Origin: a virus
Taxonomy: Duplodnaviria; Caudoviricetes
IMG/VR virus record: IMGVR_UViG_3300032270_001445
Coordinates: 1 to 64,000 of that record
Reading direction: 5' to 3' (one strand)
DNA: 64,000 bases
Positions 1 to 8,795 of the stretch are shown in pieces. The notes beneath the pieces are model-generated. The model saw only the letters and a program-made list of their open reading frames with translations, had not been told where the DNA came from and made no database searches. Position 1 is the first letter of the stretch. Each line of letters begins with the position of its first letter. Made by a program: the position numbers and the translations under genes.

Positions 1-2
1 AT

Positions 3-557
3 CGTATTGCTGTAGCACACACCACCACCCCATTCATCTCCGTCTACCCTTGGACGGGAACGTTTGGAACGAAGGTTGCAAACCCTGCAACGCTGCCTGC
101 GAGTACTGGCAACGGAGTAGCGTTCACCCCATCTGGTGGTCATATTGCCGTAGTGCACCCGGGCACCCCATACGTCTCCGTCTACCCTTGGACTGGTGCG
201 TTTGGAACGAAGGTTGCCGATCCAGCAACGCTTCTTCCAAATGCTGGCAACGGAGTAGCCTTCGCCCCATCTGGTGACCATATTGCCGTTGCGCACGCTA
301 CGAATCCACTTATCTCGGCCTACCCCTGGACTGGTGCGTTTGGAACAAAGGTTGCCGATCCTGCAACGCTGCCTGCGAGTACTGGCAACGGAGTAGCGTT
401 CAGCCCATCTGGTGGTCATATCGCCGTAGCGCACGTGGGCAGCCCATATTTTTCCGCCTACCCCTGGACTGGTGCGTTTGGAACGAAGGCTGCGGACCCT
501 GCCGCGCTTTCGAGTACTGGCAACGGAGTAGACTTCAGGGGCGTTACTAAGATATAG
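3..557 (+). CDS. 5'-truncated beta-propeller-like repeat protein (virion/tail associated)
   Basis: Frame is open from position 3 into the 153..557 ORF; four 46-aa repeats (YPWTGAFGTKVADPATLPASTGNGVAFSPSGGHIAVAH) spaced 138 bp apart, WD40/YVTN-like blades; next to tail fibre genes. Confidence 0.7.
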   Translation, partial: RIAVAHTTTPFISVYPWTGTFGTKVANPATLPASTGNGVAFTPSGGHIAVVHPGTPYVSVYPWTGAFGTKVADPATLLPNAGNGVAFAPSGDHIAVAHATNPLISAYPWTGAFGTKVADPATLPASTGNGVAFSPSGGHIAVAHVGSPYFSAYPWTGAFGTKAADPAALSSTGNGVDFRGVTKI

Positions 558-594
558 TATAAAATAGGTTTGTTAAAAAGTAACAAATCGTATA

Positions 595-1002
595 GTGCCA
601 GATGGCAAGGAGCAGAAAATGATCATTACAGATGAAAAGCGGATTCAGGACCTAGCCGATAACGTCGTTGGGCGCACTCACGAGGTGTACCAGTACGACC
701 TCAACATCTCTAACTACCAGACGATTCTGGCGGCATCCGATGGGGTTTATCCTGAGCATCTTCTTGCTCTGAAAGACCTGCCTGCAGACCAGGCGGTTGC
801 GCAGTGCCCAATTGAAGACCTTGCTGAACTCGCAGAGCTTCAGCAGTATGTCCGCGTGTCCTATTTGATCCGCTCAGAGATCGTAGAGCGCACCAAGGCA
901 AACGGCATTCTCCAGGTTCTTGTAACGCAGTTGCGCGCCGCACTTCCAGTTACGGCAGACTACGATGCCGCAATTGACGCTGCAGTGTCACGACGGGCGT
1001 AA
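595..1002 (+). CDS. hypothetical protein
   Basis: 135-aa ORF, GTG start, tightly packed between tail-associated genes. Confidence 0.6.
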   Translation: MPDGKEQKMIITDEKRIQDLADNVVGRTHEVYQYDLNISNYQTILAASDGVYPEHLLALKDLPADQAVAQCPIEDLAELAELQQYVRVSYLIRSEIVERTKANGILQVLVTQLRAALPVTADYDAAIDAAVSRRA

Positions 1003-1005
1003 GTT

Positions 1006-1545
1006 ATGGCTAAGCAAGCAAAGATCTGGGACGGCACGCAGTGGATAGAGATTCTATCTAATGCGGGTAATGCCGTCTATTACCAGAATGCTGAGCCGAC
1101 GATTGCCAACGATGGCGATATCTGGATTGACTCTAATGATGAGATCGTAGGATCAACTGGCGCTACTGGTGCTACTGGCGCTACTGGGGCTACTGGAGCC
1201 ACTGGTCCAGCGGGCGACCCGACCCTTGTACTCGGAAGCACCGTCGCTGCGCCAAAGACAGCAAACTACCCATTCGTCATCGGGGATGAAAGTGAACTAT
1301 TTATCTTTTCAAGCGCCAGCGCACTTGTTGCTCAAATCCCAACAAATGCCTCCCAAGCATTTCCAGTTGGTACACAGATCAATATTATGCGATACGGAGC
1401 AGGAGCACTCACTGTCGCTGCAGTTACGCCTGCAACTACTACTGTCAGGGCAACTCCAGGAGCAACACTGCGCGCACAATACTCTACTGCTACCTGCATT
1501 AAGATTGCAACGGATGAGTGGGTAGTTGTTGGTGACTTGTCATGA
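1006..1545 (+). CDS. tail fibre-like protein with short collagen-like stretch
   Basis: GATGATGATGATGATGPAGDP Gly-X-Y triplets; KIWDGTQW N-terminus and C-terminal WVVVGDL end typical of phage fibre modules. Confidence 0.65.
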   Translation: MAKQAKIWDGTQWIEILSNAGNAVYYQNAEPTIANDGDIWIDSNDEIVGSTGATGATGATGATGATGPAGDPTLVLGSTVAAPKTANYPFVIGDESELFIFSSASALVAQIPTNASQAFPVGTQINIMRYGAGALTVAAVTPATTTVRATPGATLRAQYSTATCIKIATDEWVVVGDLS

Positions 1546-2576
1546 GGATTCTAGGAACAACTTCTTCAGCATATTCATTAAACTATTCAGTGCTGCTTGC
1601 TCCAGGCAGCCAGCCAGATACTGCAATCTATACTAGCGCAACAGTTCCTTCTGGGTTCATGTCTGGTAACGGATACTATGTAAAGTACGGTGCGCCAACC
1701 TCTTCTGTCACCGCAACTGGAAGCATCTCTTACGCAACGTCAATCAACGGAGGATGGACATATAAAACTATTCAGAGCCAGGGGCAGGCGCGTGGCATTA
1801 CCTATATTGATACTGGTTCAAGCAAATATTGGGTATATGGAAACGACACAACTGGTCAATTTTCCTATACGTCAGACGGCACGCCGCAAGGTACATTAAG
1901 CACAGTCAGCCCAGTTTCATCTGGGGCAACTAGCGCAACAATAATGATGTATTGTAATGGCGCAGCTCGCCCATTCGTTGCTGTTGGTTCAAATGCAACT
2001 GGAATTTACGTTGCCACTGCGACATCAATTAGCGGAACTTGGTCTACTGCTACTACCCTTCCGCAAACAGGGGCAAGTGTTCAGGGCATCGCATGGGGTG
2101 GAACGGGAACTGGATCAGATAAGCGACTTATTATGGTGATGGGCGGTAACGGAGCTAACGCAACGTATTTTTCCGCCGCAAATGACACAACATCTTATAC
2201 ATTGCAGACTATTGCTATTGGTGACTGCCGAGGTCTTGCATATACTGGTACGCACTGGCTATACCTTGGCGACAACAGCCTTGGTCGCGCTGCTGCCTCA
2301 GCATTTAACAATACCACTGGTAATGTCATCACTAACCCTTCTCCGGCAGTATACCCAGGAACTGTTCGTGGTCTTGCAGCATCGCCTACGGGCAATGGCG
2401 TGTGCTACCTATCTGGCGGAACAACTATCGGGTATAGCACTGACCATGGTGCAACATGGGCAGCAGTAACATCTGCAACTTCGCTAACAAGCCAGACTAA
2501 GATGAGCATAAGCGCAGATACAATCGTTGCCTACAGCAACAATAGCGCAAGTATTGCATACTTAACCTATGCATAA
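1542..2576 (+). CDS. putative receptor-binding/beta-propeller tail protein
   Basis: 344 aa Ser/Thr/Gly/Ala-rich beta-strand pattern with BNR-like YSTDHGATW motif; stop/start overlap with upstream gene. Confidence 0.55.
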   Translation: MRILGTTSSAYSLNYSVLLAPGSQPDTAIYTSATVPSGFMSGNGYYVKYGAPTSSVTATGSISYATSINGGWTYKTIQSQGQARGITYIDTGSSKYWVYGNDTTGQFSYTSDGTPQGTLSTVSPVSSGATSATIMMYCNGAARPFVAVGSNATGIYVATATSISGTWSTATTLPQTGASVQGIAWGGTGTGSDKRLIMVMGGNGANATYFSAANDTTSYTLQTIAIGDCRGLAYTGTHWLYLGDNSLGRAAASAFNNTTGNVITNPSPAVYPGTVRGLAASPTGNGVCYLSGGTTIGYSTDHGATWAAVTSATSLTSQTKMSISADTIVAYSNNSASIAYLTYA

Positions 2577-2585
2577 GGAGTTATC

Positions 2586-2795
2586 ATGAGCCTAAATCGG
2601 AACGAATGGTACGAGATAGCACAAGACGATTCTGGCACGACCTTTGCAAGGTGGCGAGATGCAACCGCAGATCAGCGTAGCGATGTGTTTGCTTTTGAGA
2701 AACTTAAAGATAATGAAGTGGTATTCTACGAGGAATACGCAGATGAGAACCTTGCTATTTCACGATTAGAACTAGCAATTGTTGAGGGGAGTTAG
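2586..2795 (+). CDS. small hypothetical protein (possible fibre chaperone)
   Basis: 69-aa ORF with AAGGAG RBS, between fibre genes. Confidence 0.5.
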   Translation: MSLNRNEWYEIAQDDSGTTFARWRDATADQRSDVFAFEKLKDNEVVFYEEYADENLAISRLELAIVEGS

Positions 2796-2797
2796 GC

Positions 2798-3883
2798 ATG
2801 CCAAAGAAAACATACATTAGGTCTGGCGGAACATGGGTAGATATTACCTCTGGCGCTGCCTTCCCAGCGTCTAGCGCCGCGCCCGCGACTCCCGTTACTG
2901 GTCAGGTGTACTTTGATACAGACGACCAGAAGCCGTACATTTATAACGGATCTGCCTTTGTGCTGTTTGGTCCAGCGCTAACAGACTTAACCAGCACGAC
3001 AAGCAGCACCGTTGCCGCAAGCGCAACTGCGGTTAAGGCTGCGTATGACCTCGCTAATGCTGCCGTTGCAAAAAGTACAGTCACTACTGCTGGGGATATT
3101 ATTTATGCTACGGGATCAGCGGCAGTAACTCGACTTGGGATTGGATCAACAAATAATATCTTGACAGCAGGGGCATCTGCCCCCGCTTACCAGACATTGT
3201 CAGCGCTTCACGGCGCAGTCGCCACCGTCCCTTCACAGGCTGCTGGTGACCTCGTGTACGCATCAAGCGGAACAGCCCTTGGGAGGCTGGGCATTGGTGC
3301 AGCAAACACAGTACTGACATCAAGCGGCAGTGCCCCGCAGTGGTCAACCCAGTCAGGCATGGCATTAATTAGCAGCACTACATTGGCTAGCGCAACGCAA
3401 ACGTTCACAATTTCAAGCATCCCATCAACGTATAAATCTTTGCTTGTTTACAGTTATAACATTAAATCAAGCACTGCGACTGCGGCAAACCTAAGCGTTC
3501 AAATGAACGGGCTTTCAACGACAACCTATGGTCGCAAGGGTATAACCGTAACCTCTGCAAGCACAACCGTTGGCACTTCCGCGGCAACTACTGGAGATAC
3601 ATCGTGGGCTGTAGACCTTGCAAGCGGTGGGGTTGTTATTTCCGGTGCTGGAGCAGGGTCTGTCTTGAAGATGGAGTTCCCAAACTATGCCGCCTCTATG
3701 TACAAGGCGGCGCTGTGGACTTTTATGTTTGGAACGGCGGCTTCTTCTATGGCTCCTGGATTTCAAATTGGATTTGGTTTTAACTCCACAACTGCTGCCG
3801 TCTCGTCAATTTCGCTTGTGTCTTCTTCAGCCACAAACCTCATTGGAGCCGGAGCAGTAATAGAAATTTATGGAGTATACTAA
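2798..3883 (+). CDS. tail fibre protein
   Basis: GQVYFDTD..PYIYNG motif and two GD(I/L)(I/V)YA.G...RLGIG....LT repeats, then a beta-rich C-terminal tip ending IEIYG. Confidence 0.7.
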   Translation: MPKKTYIRSGGTWVDITSGAAFPASSAAPATPVTGQVYFDTDDQKPYIYNGSAFVLFGPALTDLTSTTSSTVAASATAVKAAYDLANAAVAKSTVTTAGDIIYATGSAAVTRLGIGSTNNILTAGASAPAYQTLSALHGAVATVPSQAAGDLVYASSGTALGRLGIGAANTVLTSSGSAPQWSTQSGMALISSTTLASATQTFTISSIPSTYKSLLVYSYNIKSSTATAANLSVQMNGLSTTTYGRKGITVTSASTTVGTSAATTGDTSWAVDLASGGVVISGAGAGSVLKMEFPNYAASMYKAALWTFMFGTAASSMAPGFQIGFGFNSTTAAVSSISLVSSSATNLIGAGAVIEIYGVY

Positions 3884-4098
3884 TGCCTGACATGCCAACT
3901 AAACTTACCTATGACATTTTAACTGGAGAAACGACAGTAGAGCCGTTGACCCAAGAAGAGGTCAATGAGATTAATGCTGCGGAGGCGACTGCTAATGCAG
4001 CGCGTGAAGCGTCCAATGAGGTGCGAGAGTCTGCCCTGGCAAAGCTTGCAGCCCTTGGATTGACGGAAGAGGAGATTGCTGCCATTATCGGGGGGTAG
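3883..4098 (+). CDS. small tail fibre-associated protein
   Basis: 71 aa ending SALAKLAALGLTEEEIAAI, overlapping stop/start with fibre gene. Confidence 0.55.
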   Translation: MPDMPTKLTYDILTGETTVEPLTQEEVNEINAAEATANAAREASNEVRESALAKLAALGLTEEEIAAIIGG

Positions 4099-4102
4099 TA
4101 AA

Positions 4103-4273
4103 ATGCCAGTATACGAATATTTCTGCGATAAGTGCGACAAGAAGGTTGAACTTATGCACCCGATGTCAGATGATAGTAAGAAGATACATAAACCGTGCGG
4201 GAAAGAAATGAGCATGGTTTTTTCTTCTGCAAATGTTTTTTACAAGGGCGAAGGCTGGGCGCGTAGAGGGTAA
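4103..4273 (+). CDS. FmdB-family zinc-ribbon protein
   Basis: MPVYEYFCDKC...PCG...FKGEGW-like signature; ATG at 4103. Confidence 0.75.
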   Translation: MPVYEYFCDKCDKKVELMHPMSDDSKKIHKPCGKEMSMVFSSANVFYKGEGWARRG

Positions 4274-4345
4274 ATTACTTGCGCTTGTAGTGAGCACATA
4301 ATATAGTGCAAACATCAATGCATCCCCACAACATGAGGTGCCGAT

Positions 4346-4531
4346 GTGACTGCGAGCAACGTTCAGCAAATTATTGATCGCCTTGACAAGATTGAGGAAG
4401 AACTTTCTGCTATGCGCGTAGAGATGGCTGAGACACGCGGCGCCTTCCGCCTTGCAAAGTTTGTTATTGGCATTCTTGGCCTTACGGGTATTAGCGGAAT
4501 TATGGCTTGGCTTTCCGGACAGGGAAAGTAA
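4346..4531 (+). CDS. small coiled-coil plus single TM protein (holin/hemolysin XhlA-like)
   Basis: N-terminal heptad [11 protein letters not shown] then hydrophobic [18 protein letters not shown]. Confidence 0.55.
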   Translation: MTASNVQQIIDRLDKIEEELSAMRVEMAETRGAFRLAKFVIGILGLTGISGIMAWLSGQGK

Positions 4532-5889
4532 TGCATAGAGCAATTGTTATCGCCGCCACCCTGTGGCTCATTGCCTCCACGATAGTTTTCTCCATTGTTT
4601 CCTCGCCGGTTTACGGGGCAGATGGCTACGACGGCGCTGGATACCCCTACAGCACAATTGTGACCGAGACTGGCGACTACTTTGTCGTCATTGACGTGCC
4701 GTCTGTTTTTTCTGCCGAAACAGACCTTTGCAACGACACTGCAAGTTTTTGGTGCGCTGCGACTCAGGACGGCGGAAACTTTACTGACTCTGCACTCTGG
4801 CTTTACGATGCAACTGGTGCGTTGATGACGGTGAACGACGATGACCCCCGAACCAACGGGCAGTCTTGGCACTCCTACATCAGCGTGGAGCTCCAGGCTG
4901 GCGTCTATCGGCTGCGGGCTGGACGCTTTACCTGTCACGACGGATCATGCCTCTGGCCGCAGGACCCATTCCCTGTAGGCGGCTCCTACCAACTCTTGAC
5001 CACCACTGCGCTTTTGCGTGACCCTAACCCGCCCACGGTTGAGCCGACTGCAATTCCTTCTATTTTGCCAACGCCACAGCCCACCCCTGAGCCGACCCCA
5101 GAGCCGACCCCAGAGCCAACTCCGGAACCAAGCCCCGAGCCGACTCCTGAGCCGACACCTTCTCCTACCCCAGAACCGCCTTCCCCAAGCCCTAGCGTGG
5201 CTCCTACCCCCACGCCAGAGCCTTCTATAGAGCCTTCCCCGAGCCCTTCTCCATTGCCATCACCTAGCCCGGAATCAACTCCAGATCCAACCCCAGATCC
5301 AACCGCAAGCCCTGAGCCGACTGAAGAGCCGACTCCAAGCCCGGAGGTAACCAATGAGCCGACACCAGACCCGACTGCCACACCAGAGCCGACGCCCGAA
5401 GGAACCGTGGAGCCAACTGATTCGCCGGAACCTGCCCCTTCTCCTGATCCCACTGCTGTTCCTTCTCCTGAGCCAACACAGCCCCCTCTGCCAGATCTAG
5501 GTGAGGTTGCTGCTGCGGTTGAGCAAGCCGTAGGTGCTGCTGCAGAAGCGGTTTCCGAGGCGGTAGGTGCCGCCGTAGAAACAGTCTCTGAGGCCGTAGG
5601 TGCTGTTGCTGATGCCGCTGCAGAGGCAGTTGGTGAGGCACTTGCGCCAATAGCAAACCTAGGGAACGATATATCTCAAGAGGACAAGGAATCAGCAAGA
5701 GAAACTGTATTGCCTGCGATCATCTTGACGCAGGTTGCACAGGCTGCAGCAAGTGCTGCTGCTATCGCTAGGTCGTCAGGCGGGGGCTCAAGCGGGCCCA
5801 CGGGTGGCGGCGGTGGAGGAAAGGGTCCAAAAGGACCAGCTGCAAGAAGCGTAGAAGCCCAACTGGGCAGGAGAAAAGAAAATGAATAG
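4531..5889 (+). CDS. exported protein: signal anchor, PPC-like beta domain, PTPEP repeat stalk, Ala/Glu-rich helical region
   Basis: Hydrophobic N-terminus; [11 protein letters not shown]...NDD...[17 protein letters not shown] resembles pre-peptidase C-terminal domains; about 150 aa of PTPE/PSPE repeats. Confidence 0.65.
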   Translation: MHRAIVIAATLWLIASTIVFSIVSSPVYGADGYDGAGYPYSTIVTETGDYFVVIDVPSVFSAETDLCNDTASFWCAATQDGGNFTDSALWLYDATGALMTVNDDDPRTNGQSWHSYISVELQAGVYRLRAGRFTCHDGSCLWPQDPFPVGGSYQLLTTTALLRDPNPPTVEPTAIPSILPTPQPTPEPTPEPTPEPTPEPSPEPTPEPTPSPTPEPPSPSPSVAPTPTPEPSIEPSPSPSPLPSPSPESTPDPTPDPTASPEPTEEPTPSPEVTNEPTPDPTATPEPTPEGTVEPTDSPEPAPSPDPTAVPSPEPTQPPLPDLGEVAAAVEQAVGAAAEAVSEAVGAAVETVSEAVGAVADAAAEAVGEALAPIANLGNDISQEDKESARETVLPAIILTQVAQAAASAAAIARSSGGGSSGPTGGGGGGKGPKGPAARSVEAQLGRRKENE

Positions 5890-6076
5890 ATGGAAGTCAA
5901 TAGCCCAAGCCGTTATCAATGACCTCGTTTCCCAATCTTGGACAGTATTTGGTCTTATGGTCGGCTGGATTGTGTTGCCAGATGGAGAGACACGAAACTT
6001 CGTCGGCGGAACCCTGCTGGTCCTTACGATTGCATGGGCAGTAACCATGCCATTGAGGATTTCAATCGAAGATTAG
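5882..6076 (+). CDS. two-TM small membrane protein
   Basis: Two hydrophobic segments separated by LPDGETR; overlaps upstream stop. Confidence 0.6.
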   Translation: MNRWKSIAQAVINDLVSQSWTVFGLMVGWIVLPDGETRNFVGGTLLVLTIAWAVTMPLRISIED

Positions 6077-6105
6077 CGCCATAAACGTTATGGTATACTC
6101 TCTTC

Positions 6106-6558
6106 ATGGAAGAAGTTACCAAACGGGGGCGACCAAGAACTGACCCGCTCACGCGGTTTCTTCGTCATGTCTCCAAGGCTGAAAGCGGCTGCTGGGAGTG
6201 GGCTGGGGCAAAGGACCCGTCTGGATATGGGGCCTTCAAGGACCAGCACGGCAAGAAGATCAATGCGCACAAGTGGCACTACGAACACGTCCACGGTCCT
6301 ATTGTGAAAGGACTTCAAATCGATCACTTGTGCCGAAACAGGAAGTGCGTTAACCTTCAACACCTTGAGGTCGTCACCCCAAGAATGAACACCAGAAGGG
6401 GCGACGCAGGCAAGCTTCGTGCGACAAGTTGTCGTCACGGACACGAGTACACATGGGAGAACACATACTGGCGTAGAAACGGAGACCGGGAGTGCCGCAC
6501 CTGTAAATATTACGGTGGCAGGCTTGATCCCGCGATTAGGGGGCTAAACCAGCGTTAG
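6106..6558 (+). CDS. HNH endonuclease
   Basis: CWEWAG...AHKWHYE...IDHLCRNRKCVNLQHLEVVT..N and C-terminal CRHGH...CRTC zinc motif. Confidence 0.9.
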   Translation: MEEVTKRGRPRTDPLTRFLRHVSKAESGCWEWAGAKDPSGYGAFKDQHGKKINAHKWHYEHVHGPIVKGLQIDHLCRNRKCVNLQHLEVVTPRMNTRRGDAGKLRATSCRHGHEYTWENTYWRRNGDRECRTCKYYGGRLDPAIRGLNQR

Positions 6559-6578
6559 CCCCAAGAAAGGGGAGACGC

Positions 6579-7052
6579 ATGAGCAACATTGTAAAGAAGG
6601 ACACAGAGTTCTGGAGAACGCTTGCACCAGAGGGCCCGTGGAGGAGGTTCCAAGTTGCCACGGAGGCCGAATGCAGAGGCATGAGCGTCAAAAGCTTTGT
6701 TGATTACTGGTCGGAAAAGCTCGGGTACAGCAAGTCCTCTGTGAACCAGTGGCTGACGGGATCAAGGTCAATACCGCTCTCAGCGCTTGAAAAGATCGGT
6801 ATTGAGATCAGCCCAGAGGAGTATCAGAGAACATCATTCAGGGTCGCAATGCCCGACGCAGAGCGCCAGGCTCGTGCAAGGCAAATGGTCATTAACAGAA
6901 TGTGCGGCGGCTGCGCCCTTGGGGATAGGTTCTGCAGAATTACCGATTGCCCCTTGCGACCATTTAGTCCGTTGCCGCTACACCCGAAGGCTGTTCCAAT
7001 GGGTTGGGATGATGCCGAAGTGGACGTAGAATCGCCTACCCTTGCCCCGTGA
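6579..7052 (+). CDS. HTH (XRE-like) protein with C-terminal Cys cluster
   Basis: SEKLGYSKSSVNQWLTGSRSIP helix-turn-helix pattern; CGGC..C...C motif. Confidence 0.55.
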   Translation: MSNIVKKDTEFWRTLAPEGPWRRFQVATEAECRGMSVKSFVDYWSEKLGYSKSSVNQWLTGSRSIPLSALEKIGIEISPEEYQRTSFRVAMPDAERQARARQMVINRMCGGCALGDRFCRITDCPLRPFSPLPLHPKAVPMGWDDAEVDVESPTLAP

Positions 7053-7076
7053 GTCAGATAGCGTACTATCCTCTTT

Positions 7077-7472
7077 GTGAAGGGAATATACGAATCGCTG
7101 TTTAGCAAGCTTGGCGGGGATGCAACCTTGCAGACCTCGCTTAGCGGAACTGCCAGCGACAAGAAGATATACCCGATCACCGCAACAGTCCGGACTGCCT
7201 TGCCAGCGATAAAGATCTCTGTTGAGAGCGGAACGTCTGATGCAGCTTTTGGGATAAGTCGCCCGGAGGTTGAGGTGCTAGTGGTTTCGTCCACAGGCTC
7301 CCCTCAGCTGAGCGAGATCTCAAGCCGCATTGATGTTCTAATCAACACAAAGAGCTTCGCGGGATCGGGCATAAATATACATCTCGCTAAAAAGGTCGCC
7401 GAGCGAGATGAGTACGATGAGGCGACATTGGAGTATCGAAGGCGCCTTCGGTACAAACTAATAGTAGTTTGA
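7077..7472 (+). CDS. tail terminator/tail completion protein
   Basis: 131 aa directly upstream of tail tube gene; size and position as in lambda U/DUF3168-like proteins. Confidence 0.6.
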   Translation: MKGIYESLFSKLGGDATLQTSLSGTASDKKIYPITATVRTALPAIKISVESGTSDAAFGISRPEVEVLVVSSTGSPQLSEISSRIDVLINTKSFAGSGINIHLAKKVAERDEYDEATLEYRRRLRYKLIVV

Positions 7473-7484
7473 GGAGTAAATAGC

Positions 7485-8036
7485 ATGCTGACTCTTGGAT
7501 CGGGTACCCTTTCGGTCGCCCCGTGGGTCTCTGGCGCGAACCCCGCCGCGCTTTCGACGACCTACACAACCATCTACACCATCGGCGAGGTCGGTGGCGA
7601 TGTCGAGCTCAACATTGAGTTCCAGGAAGCGGAATTCCGCGGCCAGTCGAACTTCGTAATCGCCCGTGGTTACTACGGTGGCAACGTCACCGCAGCTGCA
7701 CGTTCAGTCGAGCTCAACTTCGAGAACCTTGCCCGCTTCTTCACCGTTGCAAAGACCACGGTGAGCAATACGGCAGGAAACCTGACGGCAACGCACAACG
7801 TCTTCACGACGGAGTACGATGACAAGCCACAGGCCATGTATGTGAAGTTTGTGCACACCCGCACTGACGACCCTGACAAGAGGGTGGTCGTTCACCTCTT
7901 TAAGGCGTTCTCAACGGCCCTGAACTTCCCGTTCATGCGAGAAGACATTTCGACGATGGACATTGACTTCAATGCCATTGTCGACACGACCCTCACCGGA
8001 GCCGATCAGATCGTCCGCGTGGAGATCGAGAGCTAA
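7485..8036 (+). CDS. major tail tube protein
   Basis: 183 aa beta-rich protein with high-expression codon usage, followed by terminator then chaperones and tape measure. Confidence 0.8.
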   Translation: MLTLGSGTLSVAPWVSGANPAALSTTYTTIYTIGEVGGDVELNIEFQEAEFRGQSNFVIARGYYGGNVTAAARSVELNFENLARFFTVAKTTVSNTAGNLTATHNVFTTEYDDKPQAMYVKFVHTRTDDPDKRVVVHLFKAFSTALNFPFMREDISTMDIDFNAIVDTTLTGADQIVRVEIES

Positions 8037-8063
8037 TTTAAGCTCAAGGCTTAGGCCTAACAG

Positions 8064-8099
8064 AACCCCCGAGACTTGTTCTCGGGGGTTTTCTGTTTT
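8064..8099 (+). terminator. intrinsic terminator after tail tube gene
   Basis: AACCCCCGAGA-5nt-TCTCGGGGGTT followed by TTCTGTTTT. Confidence 0.8.
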
Positions 8100-8178
8100 A
8101 TAAATGATCTTGGCGCTAGTTGCGCTATGATATCCACACGGCGACTTGCCGTGATTGGAGTATAGGAGATAGGGAAAT

Positions 8179-8478
8179 ATGGCAAACCTAGTAGAGATTA
8201 GCTCGAAAAAGGCGCTCAACCTCAACGACCTGGCGGATCTTGAGGACAAGTACGGGGCGATTGACAAGATCGACTTTAACAAGTTCAACGTCCTTCGTTA
8301 TGTGCTTTGGCTGGCAATCAAGAGAAACGAGCCAGAGATCACGGAGCGCGAGGTCGGGGATCGTTTTGACATCAGAACGATGCAGGACACGGTAACCAAG
8401 GTTCTTCGAGATAGCGGACTTCTTCCTGACGAGCCTGAGGAGGGCGAACAGGTGGGAAAAGCAGTAAATCCGGCGTAA
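8179..8478 (+). CDS. tail assembly chaperone (lambda G analogue)
   Basis: 99 aa between tail tube and tape measure; ends just after slippery GGGAAAA. Confidence 0.8.
   Translation: MANLVEISSKKALNLNDLADLEDKYGAIDKIDFNKFNVLRYVLWLAIKRNEPEITEREVGDRFDIRTMQDTVTKVLRDSGLLPDEPEEGEQVGKAVNPA
8454..8460 (+). promoter_or_regulatory. programmed -1 ribosomal frameshift site G GGA AAA
   Basis: In-frame X XXY YYZ heptamer; the -1 frame is open (AGC AGT AAA ... ATT ATG) into 8508..8795. Confidence 0.85.
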
Positions 8479-8507
8479 GCTGGTCAGACATTGATTGGGG
8501 TGTAATT

Positions 8508-8795
8508 ATGGGTTCGTACGCTGATGCGTTTGGGTATACACCAGGCGACTTCATGCGTATGACCCTTCCCCAGATTGCATCCTTCGGTAGATACATGGAG
8601 ACTAGAGACAAGAAAATGAAGTCTTCTTCTACCGTGTCTAAGACTGGCCAGGGGAAAAAGATGCTAGACGCGCCGGATGAGAAGTCATCCATTGAAGCCC
8701 TTGTAATGCAGTTTGGCTCACCAGAAGCTAAGCAGAAGCTTATCAACGAACGAATAGAGTCGATGAGAAAGCGCGCAGCGGAGTCAGGTAAGTAA
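8508..8795 (+). CDS. tail assembly chaperone frameshift extension (lambda T analogue)
   Basis: GYTPGDFMRMTLPQI motif typical of GT extensions; reached by the -1 frameshift. Confidence 0.8.
   Translation: MGSYADAFGYTPGDFMRMTLPQIASFGRYMETRDKKMKSSSTVSKTGQGKKMLDAPDEKSSIEALVMQFGSPEAKQKLINERIESMRKRAAESGK

Noticed and set aside
1-557. Diversity-generating retroelement TR/VR pair
   Set aside because: Repeats are in-frame tandem units, differences are not adenine-specific, and no reverse transcriptase is seen
1157-1215. Collagen-like GAT repeat as a novel feature
   Set aside because: Short Gly-X-Y runs are common in phage tail fibres
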